A DNA stretch of 64,000 bases. Source: Corallochytrium limacisporum Hawaii. Taxonomy: Eukaryota > Protista > Pluriformea. The DNA is taken from assembly GCA_002811645.1 (NCBI GenBank), contig PDIP01000035.1, forward strand, positions 186,001 through 250,000, in the 5' to 3' direction. Under the pieces are notes generated by a model. It was given only the letters and a program-made list of their open reading frames with translations, did no database searches and was not told where the DNA came from. Below, piece after piece: positions 12,013 to 22,649 of the stretch. The first letter of the stretch is position 1, and each line of letters starts with the position of its first letter. The position numbers and the translations under genes are program-made.

Positions 12013-12050
12013 CTGAGTTAGATTCCATTCAATATAAAAAACTTCAATAC
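12013..12050 (-). other. Predicted 38-nt 5'UTR intron of mL40
   Basis: Minus strand AAG|GTATTGAAGTTTTTTATATTGAATGGAATCTAACTCAG|G: AG|GT donor, TCTAAC branch, CAG acceptor. Confidence 0.7.
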
Positions 12051-12221
12051 CTTAAAAAAGCACATTAATCTTATTCACTTTAAGCTTTATTCATGACGAG
12101 CAGCGTAATAATTCGTTGTTGGTCCACAAGTCCCCACTGCGCACCTCCGGGAGAACGAGGCACCCCCACGGAGTCGGTCACGAGGGAGGGCAGGGGAGAA
12201 AGGGACCTGTCGTTCGCGGAA

Positions 12222-12445
12222 CCCTCCCCCGGCCCCCCGGGGGGGGGGGGGGCCCTTTAAGGCGAGGGTGCAAGGGTCCTGCCAGAACGTGTGCCTTGGC
12301 CAAANNNNNNNNNNNNNNNNNNNNNNNNNNNNNNNNNNGAGGAAGGAGGGGGAGAGAGGGAGGAGAGGGAAACGGTGGTTAAAAGAGGCTAGCGGGGGAA
12401 GGGAACCCCGGGCACGCCCCCCCCCCCCCGGGGGGGGGGGGGCCC
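12222..12445. repeat. C-run/G-run palindromes flanking an assembly gap; 12339-12435 duplicates 16068-16165
   Basis: About 97 nt shared with 16068-16165 (one substitution, ctagcg/ctggcg); 12240-12304 is a near copy of 12430-12494. Confidence 0.9.
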
Positions 12446-12695
12446 TCCAAGGCGAGTGTGCAAGGGTCCGGCCAGAACGTGTGCCTTGGCCAAACTCTGC
12501 GGTGTCATGGCTGAGTTGAATACGTGGCACATTGTATCGTAAATATAGGCAGAGTCTATGTGTTTCGCCACTGTGTATTACATGGGGGTTCAGGATTCAG
12601 GGGTTATGGAACAAACGATGGATGATGGATGTGTTGTCTTGAGGGATATGATAGAAACATGATGAAGGACAAATTTTAACCCAAATCCATCCACC

Positions 12696-14687
12696 TCATT
12701 TATCAGGCTTCTCCAGCACCATTTCGTCCAGACCGCGACCTGCGGGCACCATGGGGTACACATGCTCACTCTTCTCAACAATAGCGTCCATGACGACTGG
12801 GCCATCATGGCTGAGGAACTCCTCAACGGCTTTTTCAACGTCAGTGTCCTTGTCTAGGCGAATACCCTTGCAGTTCATTGCCTCAGCGAGCTCCTTGAAG
12901 TCTGGGTTCACCATCGGAGTGTGCGAGTACCGCTCTTCGTAGAACAGGTCCTGCCACTGCTTCACCATTCCCTGGAAAGAATTGTTCAGAACCAGAATCT
13001 TTGCACCAATGTTGTACTGGGCAGCCGTAGCCATTTCCATGGCGGTCATGGAGAAGGAAGCATCTCCGTCAATATCCACGACAATGTGGTCAGGTTTTCC
13101 GACTTTTGCGCCTACCGCCGACGGCACGCCGAATCCCATAGTTCCCAGACCACCGGAGCTAATCCATGTGCGGGGATGACGCCAGCGGTAGTATTGAGCA
13201 GCCCACATCTGGTGCTGTCCAACACCAGTGGTGATGATGGTCTTGTCAACCATGTGTGCAGTCTGACGTGCCAGCTCTTCGATGACACGCTGAGGCTGCA
13301 CAGCACCCTTCTCCATGGCCGGCCCGTAGCTGAAGGGATGGCGAGTCTTCCACTCATTGATCTTATCCATCCACTGTTTGCGCTCCTGGTGCTTAAGCAA
13401 AGGACGCAGATGCTTAAGGTTGTCGTAGACGTCTCCCAGGACGTACTCGGTCGCAGTCACGACCTTGTTTACATTCTTGGGCATAATGTCAAAGTGGATG
13501 ATACCGCCGCGACCTTCACGTTCAGCAGCAAGGGCAGCCGGTGCAAACTTCTGAATATTTCCCGTGACCCGATCGTCGAAACGTGCTCCCAGAGCAATAA
13601 TCACATCGGCAGCCTGCATGGAATAATTGGCGTAGGCGCTTCCGTGCATACCCAACATATGAAGAGACAGGGGGTGCAGTTCGTCAAACGCACCTAAACC
13701 CTGCAGAGTGGTGGTGACGGGGATGTTCGCGGCGACGGCCAGTTCCCGCAGCAAATCCGTGGCTCCGCCGGAGATGATACCCTGCCCGGCGTAGATAACA
13801 GGCTGCTTGGCACTGTTGATCAAGTCCGCGATGCGCTGCCAGTCTTCCCGATCCAAGTTGTCTCCCATGCGGTTGGCTGTGCGCTTGGGCAAGAAATGGT
13901 TTGGAAGATGCGGCTGGATCTCCGGCAGTTCGTCCAGGGTGGAAGCCGTTACATCCTTTGGCAGATCAACAAGAACCGGTCCAGGGCGCCCCGACTGAGC
14001 AATATAAAAGGCTTCATTGATTCTCCGCGGCAGTTCCGAAATGTCCCGAACAATGCAGTTCCATTTGGTGCATGGACGAGTGATACCAACTACGTCGGCT
14101 TCCTGGAAAGCATCACTGCCCATAGCAGCCGTGGGTACCTGGCCAGTGAATACCACAATGGGAGTGCCATCCATGAGAGCGTCCTGAAGGGGTGTCACAG
14201 TATTAGTGGCACCAGGACCACTGGTCACAACGAGGACACCGGGCTTGCCGGTGGCCCGTGCGTAACCTTGAGCCATATGACCACCACCCTGCTCATGCCG
14301 GGGGAGGACAAAATTGAAGTGTTCGGACTCGTGAATAGCGTCGTAGACCGGAAGAATGGCACCACCGGGATAACCAAAGATCTGGTCCACATCATGGTGC
14401 ATCATCATTTCGTTGAAGATCTCACCGCCGGTCATACCGACCATTTTTGACCCATCGATGGTCGGAGGAACCCAGATCTTGTTTTTGTACCGACTCTGAG
14501 GACGGTCATCAACCTCTTGCTCCTGCACAACGGCCTGTCCAAGGGGGGCGCGACGAGGGCCCGACATGGACGACTGATTCCGCTTCTGTAGGTGGTGCAT
14601 CAGCGCAACAGCACCAGGGCCCGCAGTTCCACGGCTGCGGAATGCCTGCGACATGGTGGCCCGAAGGGCTCTTGTAAGGCTTGACAT
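12696..14687 (-). CDS. ILV2: Acetolactate synthase catalytic subunit, mitochondrial
   Basis: IFGYPGGAILPVYD, RHEQGGGHMAQGYAR, TSGPGATN, RFDDRVTG, TGVGQHQMWAAQ, GDASFSM TPP motif; N-terminal presequence. Confidence 0.98.
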   Translation of the reverse strand: MSSLTRALRATMSQAFRSRGTAGPGAVALMHHLQKRNQSSMSGPRRAPLGQAVVQEQEVDDRPQSRYKNKIWVPPTIDGSKMVGMTGGEIFNEMMMHHDVDQIFGYPGGAILPVYDAIHESEHFNFVLPRHEQGGGHMAQGYARATGKPGVLVVTSGPGATNTVTPLQDALMDGTPIVVFTGQVPTAAMGSDAFQEADVVGITRPCTKWNCIVRDISELPRRINEAFYIAQSGRPGPVLVDLPKDVTASTLDELPEIQPHLPNHFLPKRTANRMGDNLDREDWQRIADLINSAKQPVIYAGQGIISGGATDLLRELAVAANIPVTTTLQGLGAFDELHPLSLHMLGMHGSAYANYSMQAADVIIALGARFDDRVTGNIQKFAPAALAAEREGRGGIIHFDIMPKNVNKVVTATEYVLGDVYDNLKHLRPLLKHQERKQWMDKINEWKTRHPFSYGPAMEKGAVQPQRVIEELARQTAHMVDKTIITTGVGQHQMWAAQYYRWRHPRTWISSGGLGTMGFGVPSAVGAKVGKPDHIVVDIDGDASFSMTAMEMATAAQYNIGAKILVLNNSFQGMVKQWQDLFYEERYSHTPMVNPDFKELAEAMNCKGIRLDKDTDVEKAVEEFLSHDGPVVMDAIVEKSEHVYPMVPAGRGLDEMVLEKPDK

Positions 14688-17600
14688 GATTGTGTATTTG
14701 TCAAATGAGAACTAATGTAGAATGAACCCTCTGGAAAAGGTAACTGAGTATGTGGAACATGATGACACGCAGGGTCCATGAAGTACCATCCAGTCGTCCT
14801 TGTCCCAGTTGCCATCTGAGCATGAGGAGCTCAAGAAGCAACAAACAAACATTTGAATCAGGAAAGACTATAAAAATATCTGTGCTTTCCACGCGAAACA
14901 AAAATCAACGCAGCAAGGCTTCAACACCCTTGTTTCCGTGCCTGCAATGCGCATTTTTCATTTTGGTTGCAAAGCAAGGATACAGGGTCCCCGGGGGTTC
15001 CCTTCCCCCTCTCCCGCCCATACATTTACGTAGAGCCACTCGGTGTGCAACCAAACCCCTCTTCCCTCCTTCCACCCTCCCAGTGCGTGCTCCGCCAACT
15101 CCCGCTGCTGCCAGCATCAGTACTCGAGCAACAACAGCAGCCACCGATGAAAAGGTAGGAGATTGAAAAAAAAATGGACGAGGGGGGTTTGGGGTTGGGT
15201 TGGGTTGGGCTTGAAGAAGTGCGTCCCAAATATTACGAAAAAAGAAAAAGAAACAGAAAGCCCTCTGCACCCCCCCCCTTCCCATCTCTCTCTCCCCGGT
15301 GTGTCACGTCCGACCGTTGCTTGAGCTTGGTCGATCGGTCTGACCGCCCTCTCTACCTCGGCGGTTGCGATTATTTCTTTTTTTGGGCCATTTCCATTGT
15401 GTATTTATGTGGTGAAAGTTGCGGCACATGCTTGCGTTCTTGAATTTGAGAGGGGGGGGGGCTCTGCTCGCGAAACTTGGACCTGGACAGCGGAGCCAGC
15501 AAGATATGAGAGAACAAAAAAGAACGAAAATCGACAAGGGGCGCGGGGGAGGGCCCAGAACTCCACAGAGGTGCTGCTGTCACTGAGAAACCAAAGGAAC
15601 AAAATATATGGCAGGACGCCGCTTGAGGAGCGGAGAGGGAGGGCCGGCAGACAACTCTGGTTCCAACGAAACAAAAAAAATGTCGATTTCTGTTCTGTTC
15701 CGGGGCATAACTCGAAGAAGGAAGGCAGGGGAGGGGGACCCGGACCGGAACCAGCGGTGCATCAGCAACACGTCTTTGGCATTTCATTATTTATGACTGG
15801 TGTCGTGGACCGACATGCGTCAGAATTGTATGTAAAACATTTAGAACTATTCCAGCATCTGTAAATATTTCGAATGGATTTAATGGTCCTACGTATTTCT
15901 CTGTGCCGGGGACGGCAGGTCAGCAACTCGGCGAGCTGCTGACACGGCTCTGTTCACATGTGCTGCCCAAAGATTAGGAATGAAAAATCGAGAATGCCGC
16001 GATAAAAAAGTTTTCATTGTGCCATTCCAAGGGTCCGAGGATGAAACGGTTCGCCCCGACACGCGGAGAGGAAGGAGGGGGAGAGAGGGAGGAGAGGGAA
16101 ACGGTGGTTAAAAGAGGCTGGCGGGGGAAGGGAACCCCGGGCACGCCCCCCCCCCCCGGGGGGGGTGAGGAACGGGGAAAGGAAAGGGGCTATATATCAG
16201 AATCTTCAGCAGAGAGATGTCAATCGCCCGCACTAAAAAGAAATATAGCCCGAAGTCCAGTTCTCTCTAATTTTCTCTTTTAGCTCTTGTGTGTGTTTTT
16301 TTTTGTAAGGTTTGTGAGTGGCAGGCAGAGGAGAGAAAAACTTTAGGGGGGGGGACAGGTGTGGTGGCCTTTCGCCTCCTTATCCCGGCTTTCCACGCGC
16401 TTCGCCAGTAAAAAAGTCGTCAGCAAAACACACACACAGCGGGGCAAAAATAAATACAAACAAAACGACCACGCCACACGACCAAATGCAAAGGAGTCCG
16501 GGGCGCGCGGAGAATGGACGGGAGGTGGTGGATCAAACGCTGAAGACGAGAACAGGGAGAGAGGTGTCGGAACAGAGCAAGTAGAAATCTTGGGCGGGAT
16601 GGCCAGCCAGGCTGGTCCGGTTTGTTTCATTTTTCCCCTCTTTTCTTTCCGTATTAAATGAATGAGATACCTAGGAAGGAGGAGTGGGGTAGATAGTATA
16701 CCAACAAAGGAAAATTTTGAAAATGAGGCTGGAAACCCCCGGGCCGAGTTGGGGGGGGGGAGAACACCACCCCCACCCCCGGGAACGGGGACGGCCCTAT
16801 TCTTCGATCCGGCGGTTGCTGTGCTCTGCCCGCAGTTCTCGGGAGAGCCCTTCTCGCCCTCCCCTCCTCCCCCCCCCCCGGCGGGGGGCCTTTGGGCTGG
16901 AAAAAAGTTCTTGGATACAGTCCCAATTGCCGTGATGCAATTGCTATGCAATTCTTAGCCGTGTTGCGCGGCAAGAGTATCGTCACATCGCCGCAGGACC
17001 ACACAGTTGATGGATTATCTCCTTAGCTGTTTAGAGGACGAGCCCGAAAAAAAAAAGAAAACCAAATTTTTCTGGTGGCGGCGATAACCCAGTCTATTTT
17101 CTACTGCCCTTGACGCGGAAAGAAGTGTGACGATCCGAAAGGTTAGGAAAAGGCAAAACTGAACCCCCTGGTCTTCCGCATGCGTGTGTGCCCGCCATAG
17201 AGCAAGTGCGGTAGTTTTTTTTAGTTTTTGTATTTTGTTTCTTTATCAATTTTATTCACGACCCTGACTTGAGAAACGGCGATTCTGTCTCTACGGCTCC
17301 AGCAACACCAAGTCTTGGTGTTGGCGATTAAACACAGGCAGTTGGTTATAGCGACCGCGACTATCTAGGGTCTCCTTGCGATCGCGAATCTTCCTTCTTC
17401 TTTCTTTTTCTTTAGTGGGCAGCAGGGGTTCACTCTTTCATTTTTCCTTTAATGTAAGCCTTCTTTATTTCCAAGATTGCCCGGGGGACCGTAGTTTTGG
17501 TATCGCAGCGGCCCAGCGTGAACCGGGGCTTTTGACTTCAGGCCTCCCCCCCCCCCACTCTCCCGGGCCGGGGGTGGTGGTCCATTTTTCCCGAATGGAG

Positions 17601-17865
17601 AAGTCTGGGATGGGTAATCGACTGGTCTGCGGTGCATTGAATGACCAATTCTGAGTGCTAAATTAATGACCATTTGGAAGAGAATTATTGCATATTCAAA
17701 CCAGTTACCCCTGGCGATTAAATCGGATCTCCGAGGCCATACACAACCCAAGCGCCTCGAAAAAAAAGGAAAACCCGGCCACCACCAAGAGCGGGTCCGA
17801 TGATCCTCGATCTGCGTCTGTGTGTTAGCGGTGCTGCGTAGTTTGAGTACTACAAGCAAAGGCCA

Positions 17866-17901
17866 CAGAGACAGAAGGGAGAGACAGAAGGGAGAGACAG
17901 A

Positions 17902-17934
<33 letters not shown>

Positions 17935-17935
17935 A
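17866..17935 (+). repeat. GA-rich microsatellite (GAGACAGAAG units into (GA)n)
   Basis: Seen directly in the sequence. Confidence 0.9.
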
Positions 17936-19333
17936 AAGGAAGAAAGGAGCGATCGGACACGCGGGCACACAGAAGCCAAGCCGCGACGTCAAAAAATCCG
18001 GCGGGGAAAGACTTCCTGGGCGAAGGAGAGGAGGGACCCCCCCCCTTTCCCCATCCCGCCCAACGTAGTTGTGGTGAAACCAGGAGATGGGGGACATTAA
18101 CGTTTAGAATAGTAAGTACATCCATTACAGCATTTTGAGTCTTCCCTTCCCCCTTCCTCCCCGAAGGAGAGGAAGATGTCGGTGGTGTGTACAAGGAGAA
18201 CTGGGAGAGAGATGCGGGAGCAGGCAGAATGTTTTTTTGACGCGTTGGAGTGGAATCGCTTTCGCTAAGGCCCCCCTTTGTACACGGCCTGCTTGAACAA
18301 AAAACACGTGGTGCACACAACCAGTGGTACTGCATTCTTAGTTGAAGGTGGTGTATACCAGTAACCTAACTGTACCACTCGTGTGGTGCATCTAGCGTGG
18401 ACAAACTATCCTGACGCGCCAAGGAACGATGAAATAAAACCAGCGTTCGATAGCCATGGAATCCTTCCAGTATGTTTAGTGCTGGCCACCAGAATTTGCC
18501 TGACTAGGCGTTGGCATACCAGGGAGGAGCCTAAGTCCTCTCCATGGTAAACTCCGTGGATCACTACCGCTCATTATCTGAAGCATACGTAACAATCCCG
18601 AATAGTGTGGACAATTCAAATTCAAATGCAGCCTACACATGCTGATTCCAGGTGTGTGCTCTCTGTCCCCCAAAGGGGCACAACGCTCGGTCCACTGCGG
18701 GATTTGTTATTCTCCTATGGGGTGCTTCCCAGATGCGACGGATAGAAAGCCGAGGGTAGAGGTTACACACCTGCCATGCTCCTCGGCACTTTCTCTTGCA
18801 GCTCACAAAGAACTTCCTCTTTTGATGCGCGTGTTCATGTGTGTATGTGATCCACAGATGACGCGGTCGCGTGAATACTAGATGCTGAGTGGATAATTTG
18901 ACACCGATAGATTGGCACCGCCTTACGCGCCCCTCCCTCTCCACTTTCTTTTTCGCTGGGTGTCATTCTTTCGAACGCATTGTCATAGTAAACACACTGG
19001 TGAGCAAACTGCTTACTCGGGTAAGAGAGCCTCAGGGTCATACGGGGCTGCTTGATGAGGAGCCCCGGACTGCGAAAGCCACATGGGAGGCCGAGAACTG
19101 AAAGCACCATACCAGCAGCGCGCACCGGAGAACGGCTGAAGGTGGGCTGCCGGGTAAAGTTAGAAACCATCCGAAAGGCGCCGTGAGTTGCCTATTCTGC
19201 TCCTCTCATAATGGCTTACCCTTTCCAACTGTTCATGGAATGCACCAGCTATTGGTAGCGTACGCGGGCCTGGCACATGTCTCTGTGGATGCTGATATGA
19301 AATGGATATCCTTTAATGTGATGTAATGATATT

Positions 19334-22282
19334 CTACCTGTAGGAATTCAGCAGTTGGCGGACATCAGCACGGATCTGGTCAGCATCCAGCGTTCGGAAG
19401 TACAGAATGTCACCTTCCTCCTCGATCTGTGCCTGCAGAGTCTTGATACGATCTTCCAGGTCGGCTTTGATTTCGCGCTTCAGGGAGTTCAAGGCAGCCC
19501 TCTGCGCGCGTTCACTAACTTCCATGTCCTTCTGTTCGTGCTCCAGCGCACGCGTGGCCATGTCCAGCTGGTCGCGATAGTAGGATGCCAGGCTCTGGGC
19601 CACATCTCGACGGTAGCGATCCGCCACGGCAGCTTCATCGAGGGCGTACTGCCGCATCTCACGAACGCGTTCGCGCTGCATTTTCAGGATATCCTCATAG
19701 AGTTGTCTGAAGAGCAACTCTTCACGACTTCGTCGTTCCATCATGCGACGGCGATGGCCAATAAGGAGATCGTCCCGGTGCTGCTTGAGTTTGATCTCCT
19801 GCCGCTTGCGCTCATAGGCGGCACGGCGGACCATCAGGTTGCTCCGTTCGCTTTCCCGCAAGTTCTTTACCCTCTGCTCTGTAGCAAGATCCTTTTCTGC
19901 CATCTTGAGGCGCTTCTCCTCTTGCTCCAGGGTCTGCTTGATGATGAGATCCTGTTGGCGGCCAGTCCGGATCTTGTCGCCAGTAGTGGAGGTGAGTTTG
20001 GCCTGCTTCTCCCGGAGAAGATCAAGCATTGCTTCTGGCACAGGCAAACCGGGAAACTCGCGCTCCAACAGTGTCTTTGGTTCCATTTCTCGCCGGAATT
20101 TCTTCGGTAGATTGGTGACGTCCTTGGGTGACTTGCGGCCGAGCAGTCTGATGGCCCTCTCTGTGTGGTTGCCGCTCGTCCCTGGTGGTTTGCGTGTGCG
20201 GTATTCGTGCATCGGCCTCGGTGCGGGGACCATATGAGCCCGGTTGCGAGCCCGTGCGTTGCGCCACGTGCCAGGCCTTCGCTTGATCGGTTCGACCTTT
20301 GGCTGTTTGGGGGGCGGGCCCTGCACACGGAGACTGCGGTGAAAAGCATCCATCAACATCTGGGTCACCTCCTCTTCGATGGATCGGTAGGTGTCTTCAT
20401 CGTCCCTCGGCCGTGAGGTACCCCTTGTCTCTGGCTCAGGGCTCCGCGTGGGTGCCAATCGTTGAACGGTTTCAATGTACTCACGTCCCTTTTGTGTGTC
20501 CCCAAAGGGAATTCGACCGGAGGATTGCGACCTGTCCCCAGCAGCTGTGAAGGAATATTTGTCTGTTCCCTTCCGCGCTCCGGAAGAAGAGCCAAGTAGG
20601 AATTCATCATCGGCATAGTTGCGGGGGGCATCTGATTCAGCGCTGCCTACGATCTTTTCCTTCGGTACAAAGATTTCCCTTTCGCTTGAAGGGGCACTGT
20701 CCTCACTCGAATCCTCCGTAGTCTTCGGTGGCCTACCAAAGGCGCTATCAAAAATGAAGGCTTCTTCCTGCTCTGTTTGCGATTGTGAATAGCCAAAGGG
20801 GTCGGGTTGCTTTCCCTTGTCCTTTGACCCTGCCAGTTTTTTTTGAACTTTGGTCCGTGATCCTGATTGTGCAGTTTTCTTACCCTTACGCGCAGCATCG
20901 AACTGCGATTCCAGGGCTTCCAGTTCCTGTTGCAAAGACTTTGCACGCTGCTGGAATGCAACGTATTCGGGGTCCTCGCTGGCTACGGTTTGCTCCAGAG
21001 GCTGGTACGCAATTTGACCACCTTCCTCAAAGATGCCACGTTCATCTTCTTCCTCATCTGTGGATTCACCGCTTGGTGAAGGGTGCTCCTCTGGTACAAA
21101 TGGTGCCTGAGTCGTCCCAAAGGTGACTGCCCGGGTTCCCTCTGCACTGAACATCTGCACTTCATCACCCGGACTTGCTTCGTCCAGATCCACATATTTC
21201 GACTGGTCACTCGCGCTACCAAACTCCAGACGTCGCTCCGCCCCCCTTGCCGATGTCTCGACTCCTTGCGCGAGATCCTGCCGTGAGCCAGCTGGACTCA
21301 TCAGAGCTTTTGGCGACGCGCCAAACGCGCTCTGGAACCTTGGAGACTTGCTTGCAAGGGGTCGGGAGCGCACCGCTCCTTCCTCGATCTGTCCGTCGTT
21401 GTCGTCCTCTTCAGAAGGACTGTCATTTGGTCCCAATGTAGGGCTTTCTTCCCTGCGACCTTTGGAATCCTCTCGACTTGGTGACATGCCTCTTCGCTGT
21501 AGTATCTTTGCCTCTTGGGGCGACAGCGGGGGATCTAGGCCTCCGCTCCGCTCCGCCGTCTCCAGCAATTCATCCGCCATTGCATCCGCTGCCGCACGTA
21601 AGTCCTCTTCGTTCATCCGCTCAATTGAAGCCACAGTGTGCATTTTTGGCTCAGTAGTGAATGTGCTGGAACTAGCTTGGCTGGTTTCAAAGGAAAATGG
21701 TTTGACGTCCGAGGTCTTCTGAGTCTTCAACGGGCTTCTCGATACCATTTCCACGCTGTCATCGCTCTCATGGCTGTCATCGTCTCCTTTTTTCTCGATC
21801 CGCTGGTATGGCAGTGTGAATGCAGACGACGGTGACTTAGATGATGTCGCTGACTTACCTTTGGGATCCCCGACGTATTCCGAGTGCAGAGCCTCTGACT
21901 GCATTCTCACCGGAGCGCCTTCCGGCGGCCCAATCATTTTCCAGAGCAAATGCACCAAGTCGACGAGATCACAAATCGCATTTTCGTTTCCCTCAGTCAG
22001 ACTTTGCGGTTGGATGTGACCCAAAGGCATCTGAAGCAAATCCCGCTCAAGTACTCTCAGAAGCGCCCGTGCATTCATAAGCTGAAGCTCCGGCCGTGAG
22101 GTTGGATAAGAGACCCCGGGTAGCGGCTGACCAATTAATGCTTCCAAAATTTCAATAAACAGATCCACTGTGACCTCACTAGTCCTAAGAATCCGTCTTG
22201 ATTCAAACCCGAACAAACTGCCACAGACTTCGTTTGCCTTCATCAGGGCGTCAACCTGACGAAGACTCCTTTGTTCTGTCAT
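19334..22282 (-). CDS. CEP95: CEP95-like centrosomal protein
   Basis: N-terminal LFIEILEALIGQPLP...NARALLRVLERDLLQMPLGHIQPQSLTEGNENAICDLVDL and C-terminal coiled coil ending EEGDILYFRTLDADQIR match CEP95; first ATG 22282. Confidence 0.85.
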   Translation of the reverse strand: MTEQRSLRQVDALMKANEVCGSLFGFESRRILRTSEVTVDLFIEILEALIGQPLPGVSYPTSRPELQLMNARALLRVLERDLLQMPLGHIQPQSLTEGNENAICDLVDLVHLLWKMIGPPEGAPVRMQSEALHSEYVGDPKGKSATSSKSPSSAFTLPYQRIEKKGDDDSHESDDSVEMVSRSPLKTQKTSDVKPFSFETSQASSSTFTTEPKMHTVASIERMNEEDLRAAADAMADELLETAERSGGLDPPLSPQEAKILQRRGMSPSREDSKGRREESPTLGPNDSPSEEDDNDGQIEEGAVRSRPLASKSPRFQSAFGASPKALMSPAGSRQDLAQGVETSARGAERRLEFGSASDQSKYVDLDEASPGDEVQMFSAEGTRAVTFGTTQAPFVPEEHPSPSGESTDEEEDERGIFEEGGQIAYQPLEQTVASEDPEYVAFQQRAKSLQQELEALESQFDAARKGKKTAQSGSRTKVQKKLAGSKDKGKQPDPFGYSQSQTEQEEAFIFDSAFGRPPKTTEDSSEDSAPSSEREIFVPKEKIVGSAESDAPRNYADDEFLLGSSSGARKGTDKYSFTAAGDRSQSSGRIPFGDTQKGREYIETVQRLAPTRSPEPETRGTSRPRDDEDTYRSIEEEVTQMLMDAFHRSLRVQGPPPKQPKVEPIKRRPGTWRNARARNRAHMVPAPRPMHEYRTRKPPGTSGNHTERAIRLLGRKSPKDVTNLPKKFRREMEPKTLLEREFPGLPVPEAMLDLLREKQAKLTSTTGDKIRTGRQQDLIIKQTLEQEEKRLKMAEKDLATEQRVKNLRESERSNLMVRRAAYERKRQEIKLKQHRDDLLIGHRRRMMERRSREELLFRQLYEDILKMQRERVREMRQYALDEAAVADRYRRDVAQSLASYYRDQLDMATRALEHEQKDMEVSERAQRAALNSLKREIKADLEDRIKTLQAQIEEEGDILYFRTLDADQIRADVRQLLNSYR

Positions 22283-22617
22283 CTTTGAACGGTATTTGTT
22301 TGTCTCACCGACCACATGCCGTCTTCGGTACGTGACAATTGCAAAGCTGTCTTGAGCAGTGCCGCATCCCAGGAGAATATCTGCAACCAGGATCCTCACT
22401 GGGCCTATCTAGATAGCTGCCACTCTATGCCTATAAGCTCCACAAATCTCTCGCAGCATTCACGCCGGCGGGTCCGAACGGGAATGCCCACTTTTTGATT
22501 TGGCTTGACAGCTACTGTCCTCCGTCTCCAGCCCACCCTCTCCTTTTTCCCAATTTCCTGAAGCGCGCCAAAAGGGGACCCGACTCGCTTTGTAGTACTG
22601 AATGTAGGTCGTGTATT

Positions 22618-22649
22618 CTGCACAAAAAATGTTAGGGTTCAGAACCCAC
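22618..22649 (-). other. Predicted 32-nt leader intron upstream of CEP95
   Basis: CAG|GTGGGTTCTGAACCCTAACATTTTTTGTGCAG|A: strong donor, CCTAAC branch, T-tract, CAG. Confidence 0.65.

Noticed and set aside
14759-14819. C/D box snoRNA (ATGATGA...CTGA)
   Set aside because: It is antisense to the ILV2 leader, only 61 nt, with no convincing terminal stem or recognisable rRNA guide.
14700-16000. TPP riboswitch controlling splicing of TPP-dependent ILV2
   Set aside because: No CTGAGA...CCTGA(T)...TAAT...GCG.AGGGA core was found by eye on either strand; an Rfam scan would settle it.
14905-18335. G/P/R/F-rich ORFs in run-rich regions (also 26145-27473, 31398-32556, 54466-56236)
   Set aside because: They are translations of homopolymer tracts or N gaps, mostly with non-ATG starts.
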